Shown here: positions 1-13,700 of the stretch, one piece after another
How positions within the stretch are numbered: position 1 is the first letter of the stretch
Layout: every line of letters begins with the position of its first letter
NCBI GenBank assembly: GCA_032718475.1
Contig: JAUCBJ010001551.1
Location: 83,495-147,494 of the forward strand
Origin: Nemertoderma westbladi
Lineage: Eukaryota > Animalia > Xenacoelomorpha
Length of the DNA: 64,000 bases
Direction: 5' to 3'
Notes under the pieces: model-generated
Database searches by the model: none
Seen by the model: the letters and a program-made list of their open reading frames with translations, nothing else
What the model was told of the DNA's origin: nothing
Program-made: the position numbers and the translations under genes

Positions 1-3000
1 ACATTCGTACCTCTCTTCTCTATATTTGTCTCACGTAATTCGAACTGCGCACATTCGTACTTCTCTTCTCTATATTTGTCTCACGTAATTCGAACTGCGC
101 ACATTCGTACCTCTCTTCTCTATATTTGTCTCACGTAATTCGAACTGCGCACATTCGTACTTCTCTTCTCTATATTTGTCTCACGTAATTCGAACTGCGC
201 ACATTCGTACTTCTCTTCTCTATATTTGTCTCACGTAATTCGAACTGCGCACATTCGTACCTCTCTTCTCTATATTTGTCTCACGTAATTCGAACTGCGC
301 ACATTCGTACCTCTCTTCTCTATATTTGTTTCAGGTAATTCGAACTGCGCACATTCGTACTTCTCTTCTCTATATTTGTCTCACGTAATTCGAACTGCGC
401 ACATTCGTACCTCTCTTCTCTATATTTGTCTCACGTAATTCGAACTGCGCACATTCGTACCTCTCTTCTCTATATTTGTCTCACGTAATTCGAACTGCGC
501 ACATTCGTACCTCTCTTCTCTATATTTGTCTCACGTAATTCGGATTGCGCACATTCGTACCTCTCTTCTCTATATTTGTCTCAGGTAATTCGAACTGCGC
601 ACATTCGTACCTCTCTTCTCTATATTTGTCTCACGTAATTCGAACTGTGCACATTCGTACATCTCTTCTCTATATTTGTCTCACGTAATTCGAACTGCGC
701 ACATTCGTACATCTCTTCTCTATATTTGTCTCACGTAATTCGAACTGCGCACATTCGTACTTCTCTTCTCTATATTTGTCTCACGTAATTCGAACTGCGC
801 ACATTCGTACTTCTCTTCTCTATATTTGTCTCACGTAATTCGAACTGCGCACATTCGTACCTCTCTTCTCTATATTTGTCTCACGTAATTCGAACTGCGC
901 ACATTCGCACTTCTCTTCTCTATATTTGTCTCACGTAATTCGAACTGCGCACATTCGTACCTCTCTTCTCTATATTTGTCTCACGTAATTCGAACTGCGC
1001 ACATTCGCACTTCTCTTCTCTATATTTGTCTCACGTAATTCGAACTGCGCACATTCGTACTTCTCTTCTCTATATTTGTCTCACGTAATTCGAACTGCGC
1101 ACATTCGTACCTCTCTTCTCTATATTTGTCTCACGTAATTCGAACTGCGCACATTCGTACCTCTCTTCTCTATATTTGTCTCACGTAATTCGAACTGCGC
1201 ACATTCGTACCTCTCTTCTCTATATTTGTTTCAGGTAATTCGAACTGCGCACATTCGTACTTCTCTTCTCTATATTTGTCTCACGTAATTCGAACTGCGC
1301 ACATTCGTACCTCTCTTCTCTATATTTGTCTCACGTAATTCGAACTGCGCACATTCGTACTTCTCTTCTCTATATTTGTCTCACGTAATTCGAACTGCGC
1401 ACATTCGTACCTCTCTTCTCTATATTTGTCTCACGTAATTCGAACTGCGCACATTCGCACTTCTCTTCTCTATATTTGTCTCACGTAATTCGAACTGCGC
1501 ACATTCGTACTTCTCTTCTCTATATTTGTCTCACGTAATTCGAACTGCGCACATTCGTACCTCTCTTCTCTATATTTGTCTCACGTAATTCGAACTGCGC
1601 ACATTCGTACCTCTCTTCTCTATATTTGTCTCACGTAATTCGAACTGCGCACATTCGTACTTCTCTTCTCTATATTTGTCTCACGTAATTCGAACTGCGC
1701 ACATTCGTACTTCTCTTCTCTATATTTGTCTCACGTAATTCGAACTGCGCACATTCGTACCTCTCTTCTCTATATTTGTCTCACGTAATTCGAACTGCGC
1801 ACATTCGCACCTCTCTTCTCTATATTTGTCTCACGTAATTCGAACTGCGCACATTCGTACCTCTCTTCTCTATATTTGTCTCACGTAATTCGAACTGCGC
1901 ACATTCGTACCTCTCTTCTCTATATTTGTCTCACGTAATTCGAACTGCGCACATTCGCACTTCTCTTCTCTATATTTGTCTCAGGTAATTCGAACTGCGC
2001 ATATTCGTACTTCTCTTCTCTATATTTGTCTCACGTAATTCGAACTGCGCACATTCGCACTTCTCTTCTCTATATTTGTCTCACGTAATTCGAACTGCGC
2101 ACATTCGTACCTCTCTTCTCTATATTTGTCTCACGTAATTTGAACTGCGCACATTCGCACCTCTCTTCTCTATATTTGTCTCACGTAATTCGAACTGCGC
2201 ACATTCGTACTTCTCTTCTCTATATTTGTCTCACGTAATTCGAACTGCGCACATTCGTACCTCTCTTCTCTATATTTGTCTCACGTAATTCGAACTGCGC
2301 ACATTCGTACTTCTCTTCTCTATATTTGTCTCACGTAATTCGAACTGCGCACATTCGTACTTCTCTTCTCTATATTTGTCTCACGTAATTCGAACTGTGC
2401 ACATTCGTACCTCTCTTCTCTATATTTGTCTCACGTAATTCGAACTGCGCACATTCGTACCTCTCTTCTCTATATTTGTCTCACGTAATTCGAACTGCGC
2501 ACATTCGTACTTCTCTTCTCTATATTTGTCTCAGGTAATTCGAACTGCGCACATTCGTACCTCTCTTCTCTATATTTGTCTCACGTAATTCGAACTGCGC
2601 ACATTCGTACTTCTCTTCTCTATATTTGTCTCAGGTAATTCGAACTGCGCACATTCGTACATCTCTTCTCTATATTTGTCTCACGTAATTCGAACTACGC
2701 ACATTCGTACTTCTCTTCTCTATATTTGTCTCACGTAATTCGAACTGCGCACATTCGTACTTCTCTTCTCTATATTTGTCTCACGTAATTCGAACTGCGC
2801 ACATTCGTACTTCTCTTCTCTATATTTGTCTCACGTAATTCGAACTGCGCACATTCGTACCTCTCTTCTCTATATTTGTCTCACGTAATTCGAACTGCGC
2901 ACATTCGTACCTCTCTTCTCTATATTTGTCTCACGTAATTCGAACTGCGCACATTCGTACATCTCTTCTCTATATTTGTCTCACGTAATTCGAACTGCGC

Positions 3001-3379
3001 ACATTCGTACCTCTCTTCTCTATATTTGTCTCACGTAATTCGAACTGCGCACATTCGTACCTCTCTTCTCTATATTTGTCTCACGTAATTCGAACTGCGC
3101 ACATTCGTACCTCTCTTCTCTATATTTGTCTCACGTAATTCGAACTGCGCACATTCGTACCTCTCTTCTCTATATTTGTCTCACGTAATTCGAACTGCGC
3201 ACATTCGTACCTCTCTTCTCTATATTTGTCTCACGTAATTCGAACTGCGCACATTCGTACCTCTCTTCTCTATATTTGTCTCACGTAATTCGAACTGCGC
3301 ACATTCGTACCTCTCTTCTCTATATTTGTCTCACGTAATTCGAACTGCGCACATTCGTACCTCTCTTCTCTATATTTGT
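1..3379. repeat. 50-bp tandem satellite (ACATTCGTACYTCTCTTCTCTATATTTGTCTCACGTAATTCGAACTGCGC), about 67 copies, runs off the left edge
   Basis: Exact 50-nt periodicity with few substitutions and no spacers. Confidence 0.98.
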
Positions 3380-3698
3380 TTATGCATTTAAATCAGATAG
3401 GAAAGCTTAGCCGGGTATTCGTCATATATATGTGACGAATTTCTGATTGTACCCATATTTAATCCTGCTTACGAATTTTATTTATCTATATATATATATT
3501 ATGTTATTTAGTCTACGTTTAAGAGTTATATATTATCACTTATCAGCGATCTAAATAGTTATTGCCAAATAAACCCACACCATCGTGTCAAAGTTATATA
3601 TTATGTACGTATAATTATTTGATTCTTGCTTTCTTATTATCAACTGTAAACTTCTCGTCAAAAATATGACTTTACTATTATAACATTTATATTACATG

Positions 3699-4746
3699 TG
3701 GTCTAGTGGTGTCTTTCCTGGGCTTCCAATTAGGAATCCCTGGTTCGATCCCTAGATGTGGCAGCATTGTTTGGGCATAGTGCTTTAAATCTGCAGCCCT
3801 GGCTTTCGTCCTTCGGTGGTAGATAAATGGACACCAAGGCAACTTGGAAAACTTTACTGTGGAAGATCACCCATGGTGGTGAACAGGCATTCCTTTAGGA
3901 AACAAATTGGAATGGTTTACTGTGGAAGATCGCCCATGGTAGTGAGCAGGCATTCCTTTAGGAAACAGAGTGGAAGGGTTTACTGTGGAAGATCACCCAT
4001 GGTGGTGGACAGGCATTCCTTTAAGAAACAGTGTGGAAGGGTTTACTATGGAAGATCACCCATGGTGGTGAACAGGCATTCCATTGGGAAACAGAGAGGA
4101 AGAGTTTACTGTGGAAGATCACCCATGGCGGTGAACAGGCATTCCTTTAGGAAACAGAGTGGAAGGGTTTACTGTGGAAGATCACCCATGGCGGTGAACA
4201 GGCATTCCTTTGGGAAACAGTGGAAGGGTTTACTGTGGAAGATCTCCCATGGTGGTGAACAGGCATTCCTTTGGGAAACAGTGGAAGGGTTTACTGTGGA
4301 AGATCACCCATGGTGGTGAACAGGCATTCCTTTAGGAAACAGAATGGAAGGGTTTACTGTGGATGATCACCCATGGCGGTGAACAGGCATTCCTTAAGGA
4401 AACTGAGTGTAAGGGTTTACTGTGGATGATCACCCATGGCGGTGAACAGGCATTCCTTTGGGAAACAAAGTGAAAGGGTTTACTGTGGAAGATCTCCCAT
4501 GGTGGTGAACAGGCATTCCTTTGGGAAACAGTGGAAGGGTTTACTGTGGAAGATCACCCATGGTGGTGAACAGGCATTCCTTTAGGAAACAGAATGGAAG
4601 GGTTTACTGTGGATGATCACCCATGGCGGTGAACAGGCATTCCTTAAGGAAACAGAGTGGAAGGGTTTACTGTGGAAGATCACCCATGGCGGTGAACAGG
4701 CATTCCCTCGCTTAACGAGCCTAAAAGATTCTCCCATTCCCATTCA
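3699..4746 (+). mobile_element. tRNA-derived SINE with an internally amplified 61-63 bp segment
   Basis: A-box TGGTCTAGTGG and B-box GGTTCGATCC. Head, body and tail (GCTTAACGAGCCTAAAAGAT..CCCATTC) match the reverse complement of the unamplified copy at 52040-52316. Confidence 0.85.
3850..4706. repeat. 61-63 bp minisatellite, 14 copies, inside the SINE
   Basis: TTTACTGTGGAAGATCACCCATGG...AACAGGCATTCC recurs 14 times. Confidence 0.95.
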
Positions 4747-6080
4747 GATAAGAAAATTAAAGCCGTCCAATTTACTTTCGTATTCCTATTAGTTACAATT
4801 TTAATTTCCATTACACTATTTCCCTGACATTTACGGATTTTCTGACCAAACTATCTGATACATTTTTGTCTTATTTACATTAGTAGAATCATTAGTCAAT
4901 ATTACACATATACAGTACATACACCAATAGCTAAGTAGATACGGGTGTAGTTTAGTTTGCCGAAAGTAATTGGTAGGCCATAAGCGCATAAATTTAATCA
5001 TTTTTCCCCTGAAACTTTCTTTCTGATATCAAATATGAAGCTGTCGGAATTCAGCAACCAATTCAATGATATTAAATTAATGAATGTCCTAAAATTTATC
5101 AAAACATTTATGTAATGTTGTACATTCGGCAATTCACGGTAAATAGAAACCAGATGTTTGGTACGTATGATTATTTTTTATCTAATCGTATAAATATTGA
5201 TCTTGTTTGATTTGGCAACTTAAACTTCAACCTTTACCTTTCTTTTTATTTAATTACAAATCATAATGATACAAATCGTTTGAACTAATTAATACATTGC
5301 ATTCAAGTAACAATAACAACAATTGTAATCCATTAATTATTTAATTATTTTTCAAAGAGTGCCGGTAATGGAATATTACTTTGATATGTTACTATCGACT
5401 TTTACAGATAAATTATTTAAGGTGATTGTATTGTTTTGTACTTTAATTGTTAATTAATCTTAATTTATTTAACTGGCACGTATTGGTACAAATTCCACAG
5501 CATAAGTCAATAAAATGATTAAGTAAATGTTATTCCGAAGTCATTTAATCTGAGGCATACATTAATCGGTAGACCTTTTAAAAAAAACTTGTTAATAACT
5601 ACAGTATGCATAGTAGTCGTAGAGTCAGCACTCCATCGCCAATAATATCGGCGGCTCGCAAAGACATCCCAGATACGGCGGTTCCTGCTAAATTAACCGT
5701 ATCGCAGCTGATATCGCAATGGGAGAGATGGAACGAGGTCTGTCGTATTCAGCACAAATACAGTACCATTCCTAAATCGAATCTAACTAGACCACGATCT
5801 ACTCCAATAATTACTCTTTCCAACACCAACACTGTAGATGTAGAAGCAGCCAATCAAGTTACCAGGTTTGTTGCACGCCTTGTGATTCTTGGTTTTATTC
5901 AGGATATAAAAGTTCATACAGCACAAACACGAGTTAAAGAATTCGTAATAGACGGCCAAGTACAGTAGGTTTGAGCACAGTGGCAGCAGATGATGGTATT
6001 GGCAGGTGGGAGGCCATAAGGGGGTATATTGCTTACATACAAGGTATCCTGGTAGTGTTTCCATGTCTACCTTTTACTTG

Positions 6081-6153
6081 AGCAGCTAGCGGAATGGTTC
6101 GAGCGTCAGACTTCCAACCCGGAGGTCACCTGTTCGATCCCACCTGGACGTCA
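6081..6153 (+). pseudogene. Degenerate tRNA-like sequence / SINE head
   Basis: A-box-like TAGCGGAATGG and B-box GTTCGATCC at tRNA spacing; acceptor and anticodon stems pair poorly. Confidence 0.5.
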
Positions 6154-6670
6154 TTGCCGACTTTGCAAACCTATGCCCTACACTCATCCACTCAAAATAC
6201 CAATAATAAATGTTGTGGTTTACTATTATTATATACTATACCTACTGTAAGAGTATATAATTCCTACAGTCAGTACCAAAACTCTATTTGGGATCTTGTT
6301 TGAACAAATTGTTGGGATAGTTCTTTTTACAGAACACAAATATCTATCCAAATTGTTGTACTCTTTTTGAAAGTGACTAGTATACTATAGTACTTCATCT
6401 AGTAGGTTAGTGGTTGATTTCAAAATAATAACTAGTTTAGTACAATTCCGTAAGTTTTAATAATAAATAACGCCGGCATGGACTAGTAAGATTGAAAACA
6501 GCAACAAGATGTGTCAAAAGATTGTGAACAACATTGTAAGGGTAAGCGGAGTGAATAAGTTTGTAAGCGTTTGAATAAGATTGTAAGTTGTGCGAATACG
6601 GTCTTCAGATATGGTGAATGAAATTGTGAACAAGGTTGAACGCTGCGTGACTAAATCTGTTTAATTGCAG

Positions 6671-6751
6671 GGAACTTAGAAAACTCAGCGAAGCAAGTCT
6701 GAGTCGCGATCCTGAAGAAGTTTTCGATATTCTAGAAAAACTTGGAGAAGG
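6671..6751 (+). CDS. STK3/STK4: Hippo/MST (STK3/4-like) kinase, coding exon 2 (exon 1 not located)
   Basis: ttgcag|G GAA CTT...GAA GG|gtgggt encodes ELRKLSEASLSRDPEEVFDILEKLGEG, like MST1 QLKKLDEDSLTKQPEEVFDVLEKLGEG; 81 nt. Confidence 0.92.
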
Positions 6752-6832
6752 GTGGGTAAATAAACTATAGATTATGATAATTATATGAATAAAGTTCAGC
6801 ATTATCAGTAACAAAGCATAATGTAAAAATAT

Positions 6833-7377
6833 CAACAGTCGGGCCTACCGGTACTACTGTCTTAACAGTCGGGCCTACCGGTACTACTGTCTTAACAGTC
6901 GGGCCTACCGGTACTACTGTCTTAACAGTCGGGCCTACCGGTACTACTGTCTTAACAGTCGGGCCTACCGGTACTACTGTCTTAACAGTCGGGCCTAGGG
7001 GTACTACTGTCTTAACAGTCGGGCCTAGGGGTACTACTGTGTTAACAGTCGGGCCTACCGGTACTACTGTCTTAACAGTCGGGCCTACCGGTACTACTGT
7101 CTTAACAGTCGGGCCTAGGGGTACTACTGTCTTAACAGTCGGGCCTAGGGGTACTACTGTGTTAACAGTCGGGCCTACCGGTACTACTGTCTTAACAGTC
7201 GGGCCTACCGGTACTACTGTCTTAACAGTCGGGCCTACCGGTACTACTGTCTTAACAGTCGGGTCTACCGGTACTACTGTCTTAACAGTCGGGCCTACCG
7301 GTACTACTGTCTTAACAGTCGGGCCTACCGGTACTACTGTCTTAACAGTCGGGCCTACCGGTACTACTGTCTTAACA
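6833..7377. repeat. 30-bp intronic minisatellite (AACAGTCGGGCCTACCGGTACTACTGTCTT), about 18 copies
   Basis: Direct periodicity; lies between Hippo exons 2 and 3. Confidence 0.97.
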
Positions 7378-7499
7378 AGGAATATTCAACATTTATAATT
7401 TTCTACGGAATTATTTATTCCATGCATTTCAAGTGGTCCTGAATCTTTAAATTCATTTACATCGAATAATGAGAGAATTTCCTGTTTGTTTTTTACCAG

Positions 7500-7743
7500 A
7501 GCTTACGGGGCTGTATATAAGGCCATTCATAAAGACACCGGCCATGTGCTCGCCATAAAGATGGTGCCAGTAGATTGCGACCTTCAGGATATAATACGAG
7601 AGATCAGTATCATGCAGCAATGCGACAGTCCGTACATCGTTCGGTATTACGGGTCCTACTTCCAAAAGGTTGATCTCTGGATAGTAATGGAGTTCTGTGG
7701 GGCTGGAAGTATTTCCGATGTTATGAGGCTCAGAAAGAAGGCT
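7500..7743 (+). CDS. STK3/STK4: Hippo/MST kinase exon 3
   Basis: ttaccag|A GCT TAC...AAG GCT|gttagt; AYGAVYKAIHKDTGHVLAIK...DLWIVMEFCGAGSISDVMRLRKKA; 244 nt. Confidence 0.95.
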
Positions 7744-7759
7744 GTTAGTTTCGGTTTAA

Positions 7760-10700
7760 CTACTATTGTTATTTTGTTGCTGGTATGGGTTAATTGTTAT
7801 TGGTTACTGGTATATTGGATAATTGTTATTGGTTACTGGTATATGTTAATTGATATTGGTTACTGGTATTTGTTAATTGTTATTGGTTACTGGTATGGGT
7901 TAATTGTTATTGGTTACTGGTATGGGTTAATTGTTATTGGTTACTGGTATATTGGATAATTGTTATTGGTTACTGGTATGTTGGTTAATTGTTATTGGTT
8001 ACTGGTATATGTAAATTAATTATTATTGGTTACTGGTATAGGTTAATTGTTATTTTGTTGCTGGTATGGGTTAATTGTTATTGGTTACTGGTATATGTTA
8101 ATTGATATTGGTTACTGGTATTTGTTAATTGTTATTGGTTACTGGTATGGGTTAATTGTTATTGGTTACTGGTATGGGTTAATTGTTATTGGTTACTGGT
8201 ATATTGGATAATTGTTATTGGTTACTGGTATATGTTATTCGTTATTGGTTTCTGGTATTATGTTATTCGTTATTGGTTACTGGTATATGTTAATTGTTAT
8301 TGGTTACTGGTATGGGTTAATTGTTATTGGTTACTGGTATATGTTATTTGTTATTGGTTACTGGTATTTGTTAATTGTTATTGGTTGCTGGTATGGGTTA
8401 ATTGTTATTGGTTACTGGTATATGTTAATTGTTATTGGTTACTGGTATGGGTTAATTGCAATTGGTTACTGAGATTAATTGTTATTGGTTGGTATGGTGG
8501 TTAATTGTTATTGGCTGTTAGTATAGGTTAATTGTTATTGGTTACTGGTATGTTGGTTAATTGTTATTGGTTACTGGTATAGGTAAATTAATTATTATTG
8601 GTTACTGGTATAGGTTAATTGTTATTGGTTACTGGTATGGGTTAATTGTAATTGGTTACTGAGATTAATTGTTATTGGTTACTGGTATATGTTAATTGTT
8701 ATTGGTTACTGGTATGGGTTAATTGCAATTGGTTACTGAGATTAATTGTTATTGGTTGGTATGGTGGTTAATTGTTATTGGCTGATAGTATAGGTTAATT
8801 GTTATTGGTTACTGGTATGTTGGTTAATTGTTATTGGTTACTGGTATAGGTAAATTAATTATTATTGGTTACTGGTATAGGTTAATTGTTATTGGTTACT
8901 GGTATGGGTTAATTGTAATTGGTTACTGAGATTAATTGTTATTGGTTACTGGTATATGTTAATTATTATTGGTTACTGGTATAGGTTAATTGTTATTGGT
9001 TACTGAGATTAATTGTTATTGGTTACTGGTATATGTTAATTGTTATTGGTTACTGGTATGGGTTAATTGTAATTGGTTACTGAGATTAATTGTTATTGGT
9101 TACTGGTATATGTTAATTATTATTGGTTACTGGTATAGGTTAATTGTTATTGGTTACTGAGATTAATTGTTATTGGTTACTGGTATACGTTAATTGTTAT
9201 TGGTTACTGGTATGGGTTAATTGTAATTGGTTACTGAGATCAATTGTTATTGGTTACTGGTATGGTGGTTAATTGTTATTGGCTGATGGTATAGGTAAAT
9301 TAATTATTATTGGTTACTGGTATAGGTTAATTGTTATTGGTTACTGAGAATAATTGTTATTGGTTACTGGTATATGTAAATTAATTATTATTGGTTACTG
9401 GTATAGGTTAATTGTTATTGGTTAGTGGTATAGGTTAATTGTTATTGGTTACTGGTATGGATTAATTGTAATTGGTTACTGGTATATGTTAATTGATATT
9501 GGTTACTGGTATAGGTTAATTGTTATTGGTTACTGGTATATGGTAATTGTTATTGGTTACTGGTATATGTTAATTGTTATTGGTTACTGGTATATTGGAT
9601 AATTGTTATTGGTTACTGGTATGGGTTAATTGTAATTGGTTACTGGTATGTTGGTTAATTGTTATTGGCTGATGGTATAGGTAAATTAATTATTAATATT
9701 GGTTACTGGTATAGGTTAATTGTTATTGGTTACTGAGAATAATTGTTATTGGTTATTGGTTACTGGTATATGTTAATTGATATTGGTTACTGGTATAGTT
9801 TAATTGTTATTGGTTACTGGTATATGTTAATTGATATTGGTTACTGGTATATGTTAATTGTTATTGGTTACTGGTATATTTTAATTGTTATTGGTTACTG
9901 TTATATGTTAATTGTTATTGGTTACTGGTATGGGTTAATTGTAATTGGTTACTGAGATCAATTGTTATTGGTTACTGGTATGGTGGTTAATTGTTATTGG
10001 CTGATGGTATAGGTAAATTAATTATTATTGGTTACTGGTATAGGTTAATTGTTATTGGTTACTGAGAATAATTGTTATTGGTTACTGGTATATGTAAATT
10101 AATTATTATTGGTTACTGGTATAGGTTAATTGTTATTGGTTAGTGGTATAGGTTAATTGTTATTGGTTACTGGTATGGGTTAATTGTAATTGGTTACTGA
10201 GATCAATTGTTATTGGTTACTGGTATGGTGGTTAATTGTTATTGGCTGATGGTATAGGTAAATTAATTATTATTGGTTACTGGTATAGGTTAATTGTTAT
10301 TGGTTACTGGTATGGGTTAATTGTAATTGGTTACTGAGATCAATTGTTATTGGTTACTGGTATGGTGGTTAATTGTTATTGGCTGATGGTATAGGTAAAT
10401 TAATTATTATTGGTTACTGGTATAGGTTAATTGTTATTGGTTACTGAGAATAATTGTTATTGGTTACTGGTATATGTAAATTAATTATTATTGGTTACTG
10501 GTATAGGTTAATTGTTATTGGTTAGTGGTATAGGTTAATTGTTATTGGTTACTGGTATGGATTAATTGTAATTGGTTACTGGTATATGTTAATTGATATT
10601 GGTTACTGGTATAGGTTAATTGTTATTGGTTACTGGTATATGGTAATTGTTATTGGTTACTGGTATATGTTAATTGTTATTGGTTACTGGTATGGATTAA

Positions 10701-13700
10701 TTGTAATTGGTTACTGGTATATGTTAATTGATATTGGTTACTGGTATAGGTTAATTGTTATTGGTTACTGGTATATGGTAATTGTTATTGGTTACTGTTA
10801 TATGTTAATTGTTATTGGTTACTGGTATAGGTTAATTGTTATTGGTTACTGGTATGTTGGTTAATTGTTATTGGTTACTGGTATAGGTAAATTAATTATT
10901 ATTGGTTACTGGTATAGGTTAATTGTTATTGGTTAGTGGTATAGGTTAATTGTTATTGGTTACTGGTATGGGTTAATTGTAATTGGTTACTGGTATATGT
11001 TAATTGATATTGGTTAATGGTATAGGTTAATTGTTATTGGTTACTGGTATATGGTAATTGTTATTGGTTACTGGTATATGTTAATTGTTATTGGTTACTG
11101 GTATATTGGATAATTGTTATTGGTTACTGGTATAGGTTAATTGTTATTGGTTACTGGTATATGGTAATTGTTATTGGTTACTGGTATAGGTTAATTGTTA
11201 TTGGTTAATGAGATTAATTGTTATTGGTTATTGGTTACTGGTATATGTTAATTGATATTGGTTACTGGTATAGGTTAATTGTTATTGGTTACTGGTATAG
11301 TTTAATTGTTATTGGTTACTGGTATATGTTATTCGTTATTGGTTTCTGGTATTATGTTATTCGTTATTGGTTACTGGTATATGTTAATTGTTATTGGTTA
11401 CTGGTATATGTTAATTGTTATTGGTTACTGGTATATGTTAATTGTTATTGGTTACTGGTATATGTTATTCGTTATTGGTTTCTGGTATTATGTTATTCGT
11501 TATTGGTTACTGGTATATGTTAATTGTTATTGGTTACTGGTATATGTTAATTGTTATTGGTTACTGGTATATGGTAATAGTTATTGGTTACTGGTTACTG
11601 GTATATGTTAATTGTTATTGGTTACTGGTATTATGTTATTCGTTATTGGTTTCTGGTATTATGTTATTCGTTATTGGTTACTGGTATATGTTAATTGATA
11701 TTGGTTACTGGTTACTGGTATATGTTATTCGTTATTGGTTTCTGGTATTATGTTATTCGTTATTGGTTTCTGGTATTATGTTATTCGTTATTGGTTACTG
11801 GTATATGTTAATTGTTATTGGTTACTGGTATATGTTAATTGTTATTGGTTACTGGTATATGTCAATTATTATTGGTTACTGGTATATGTCAATTATTATT
11901 GGTTACTGGTATATGTTAATTGTTATTGGTTACTGGTATAGTTTAATTGTTATTGGTTACTGGTATATGTTAATTGATATTGGTTACTGGTATAGGTTAA
12001 TTGTTATTGGTTACTGGTATATGTTAATTGTTATTGGTTACTGGTATATTTTAATTGTTATTGGTTACTGGTATATGTTAATTGATATTGGTTTCTGGTA
12101 TATGTTAATTGTTATTGGTTACTGGTATAGTTTAATTGTTATTGGTTACTGGTATATGTTAATTGTTATTGGTTACTGGTATGGGTTAATTGTTATTGGT
12201 TACTGGTATATTTTAATTGTTATTGGTTACTGGTATATGTTAATTGTTATTGGTTACTGGTATGGGTTAATTGTTATTGGTTACTGGTATATTTTAATTG
12301 TTATTGGTTACTGGTATATGTTAATTGATATTGGTTACTGGTATAGGTTAATTGTTATTGGTTACTGGTATATTTTAATTGTTATTGGTTACTGTTATAT
12401 GTTAATTGTTATTGGTTACTGGTATGGGTTAATTGTTATTGGTTACTGGTATATGTTAATTGATATTGGTTACTGGTATGGATTAATTGTAATTGGTTAC
12501 TGGTATAGGTTAATTGTTATTGGTTACTGGTATATTTTAATTGATATTGGTTTCTGGTATATGTTAATTGTTATTGGTTACTGGTATGGGTTAATTGTTA
12601 TTGGTTACTGGTATATGTTATTCGTTATTGGTTTCTGGTATTATGTTATTCGTTATTGGTTACTGGTATATGTTAATTGTTATTGGTTACTGGTATATGT
12701 TAATTGATATTGGTTACTGGTATAGGTTAATTGTTATTGGTTACTGGTATATTTTAATTGTTATTGGTTACTGTTATATGTTAATTGTTATTGGTTACTG
12801 GTATAGGTTAATTGTTATTGGTTACTGGTATATTTTAATTGTTATTGGTTACTGTTATATGTTAATTGTTATTGGTTACTGGTATGGGTTAATTGTTATT
12901 GGTTACTGGTATATGTTAATTGATATTGGTTACTGGTATGGATTAATTGTAATTGGTTACTGGTATAGGTTAATTGTTATTGGTTACTGGTATATTTTAA
13001 TTGATATTGGTTTCTGGTATATGTTAATTGTTATTGGTTACTGGTATGGGTTAATTGTTATTGGTTACTGGTATATGTTATTCGTTATTGGTTTCTGGTA
13101 TTATGTTATTCGTTATTGGTTACTGGTATATGTTAATTGTTATTGGTTACTGGTATATGTTAATTGATATTGGTTACTGGTATAGGTTAATTGTTATTGG
13201 TTACTGGTATATTTTAATTGTTATTGGTTACTGTTATATGTTAATTGTTATTGGTTACTGGTATGGGTTAATTGTTATTGGTTACTGGTATATGTTAATT
13301 GATATTGGTTACTGGTATGGATTAATTGTAATTGGTTACTGGTATAGGTTAATTGTTATTGGTTACTGGTATATTTTAATTGATATTGGTTTCTGGTATA
13401 TGTTAATTGTTATTGGTTACTGGTATGGGTTAATTGTTATTGGTTACTGGTATATGTTATTCGTTATTGGTTTCTGGTATTATGTTATTCGTTATTGGTT
13501 ACTGGTATATGTTAATTGTTATTGGTTACTGGTATATGTTAATTGTTATTGGTTACTGGTATATTTTAATTGTTATTTGTTACTGGTATATTTTAATTGT
13601 TATTGGTTACGGGTATATGTTAATTGATATTGGTTACTGGTATAGTTTAATTGTTATTGGTTACTGGTATATTTTAATTGTTATTTGTTACTGGTATATT

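Noticed and set aside
1-3379. CRISPR-like appearance of this and other regular arrays (also 20495-24598, 34075-34280)
   Set aside because: Head-to-tail units with no unique spacers, no cas genes, and a eukaryotic spliced-gene context.
3361-3480. Minus-strand coding exon ending at AG|GTACGA next to the 50-bp array
   Set aside because: All three minus-strand frames contain stops within 60 nt of the putative donor.
3816-4319. 167-aa repetitive ORF
   Set aside because: Translation of the SINE-derived 63-bp minisatellite.
6478-6541. ATG at 6478 or 6509 as Hippo exon 1
   Set aside because: ATG GAC TA|G creates a stop on splicing to exon 2, and the 6509 ATG with donors at 6536/6542 is phase 0 whereas exon 2 needs phase 2.
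7039-7398. (TVLTVGPTGT)n ORF resembling an antifreeze/ice-binding repeat
   Set aside because: 30-bp intronic minisatellite with no ATG start; exons 2 and 3 join in frame without it.
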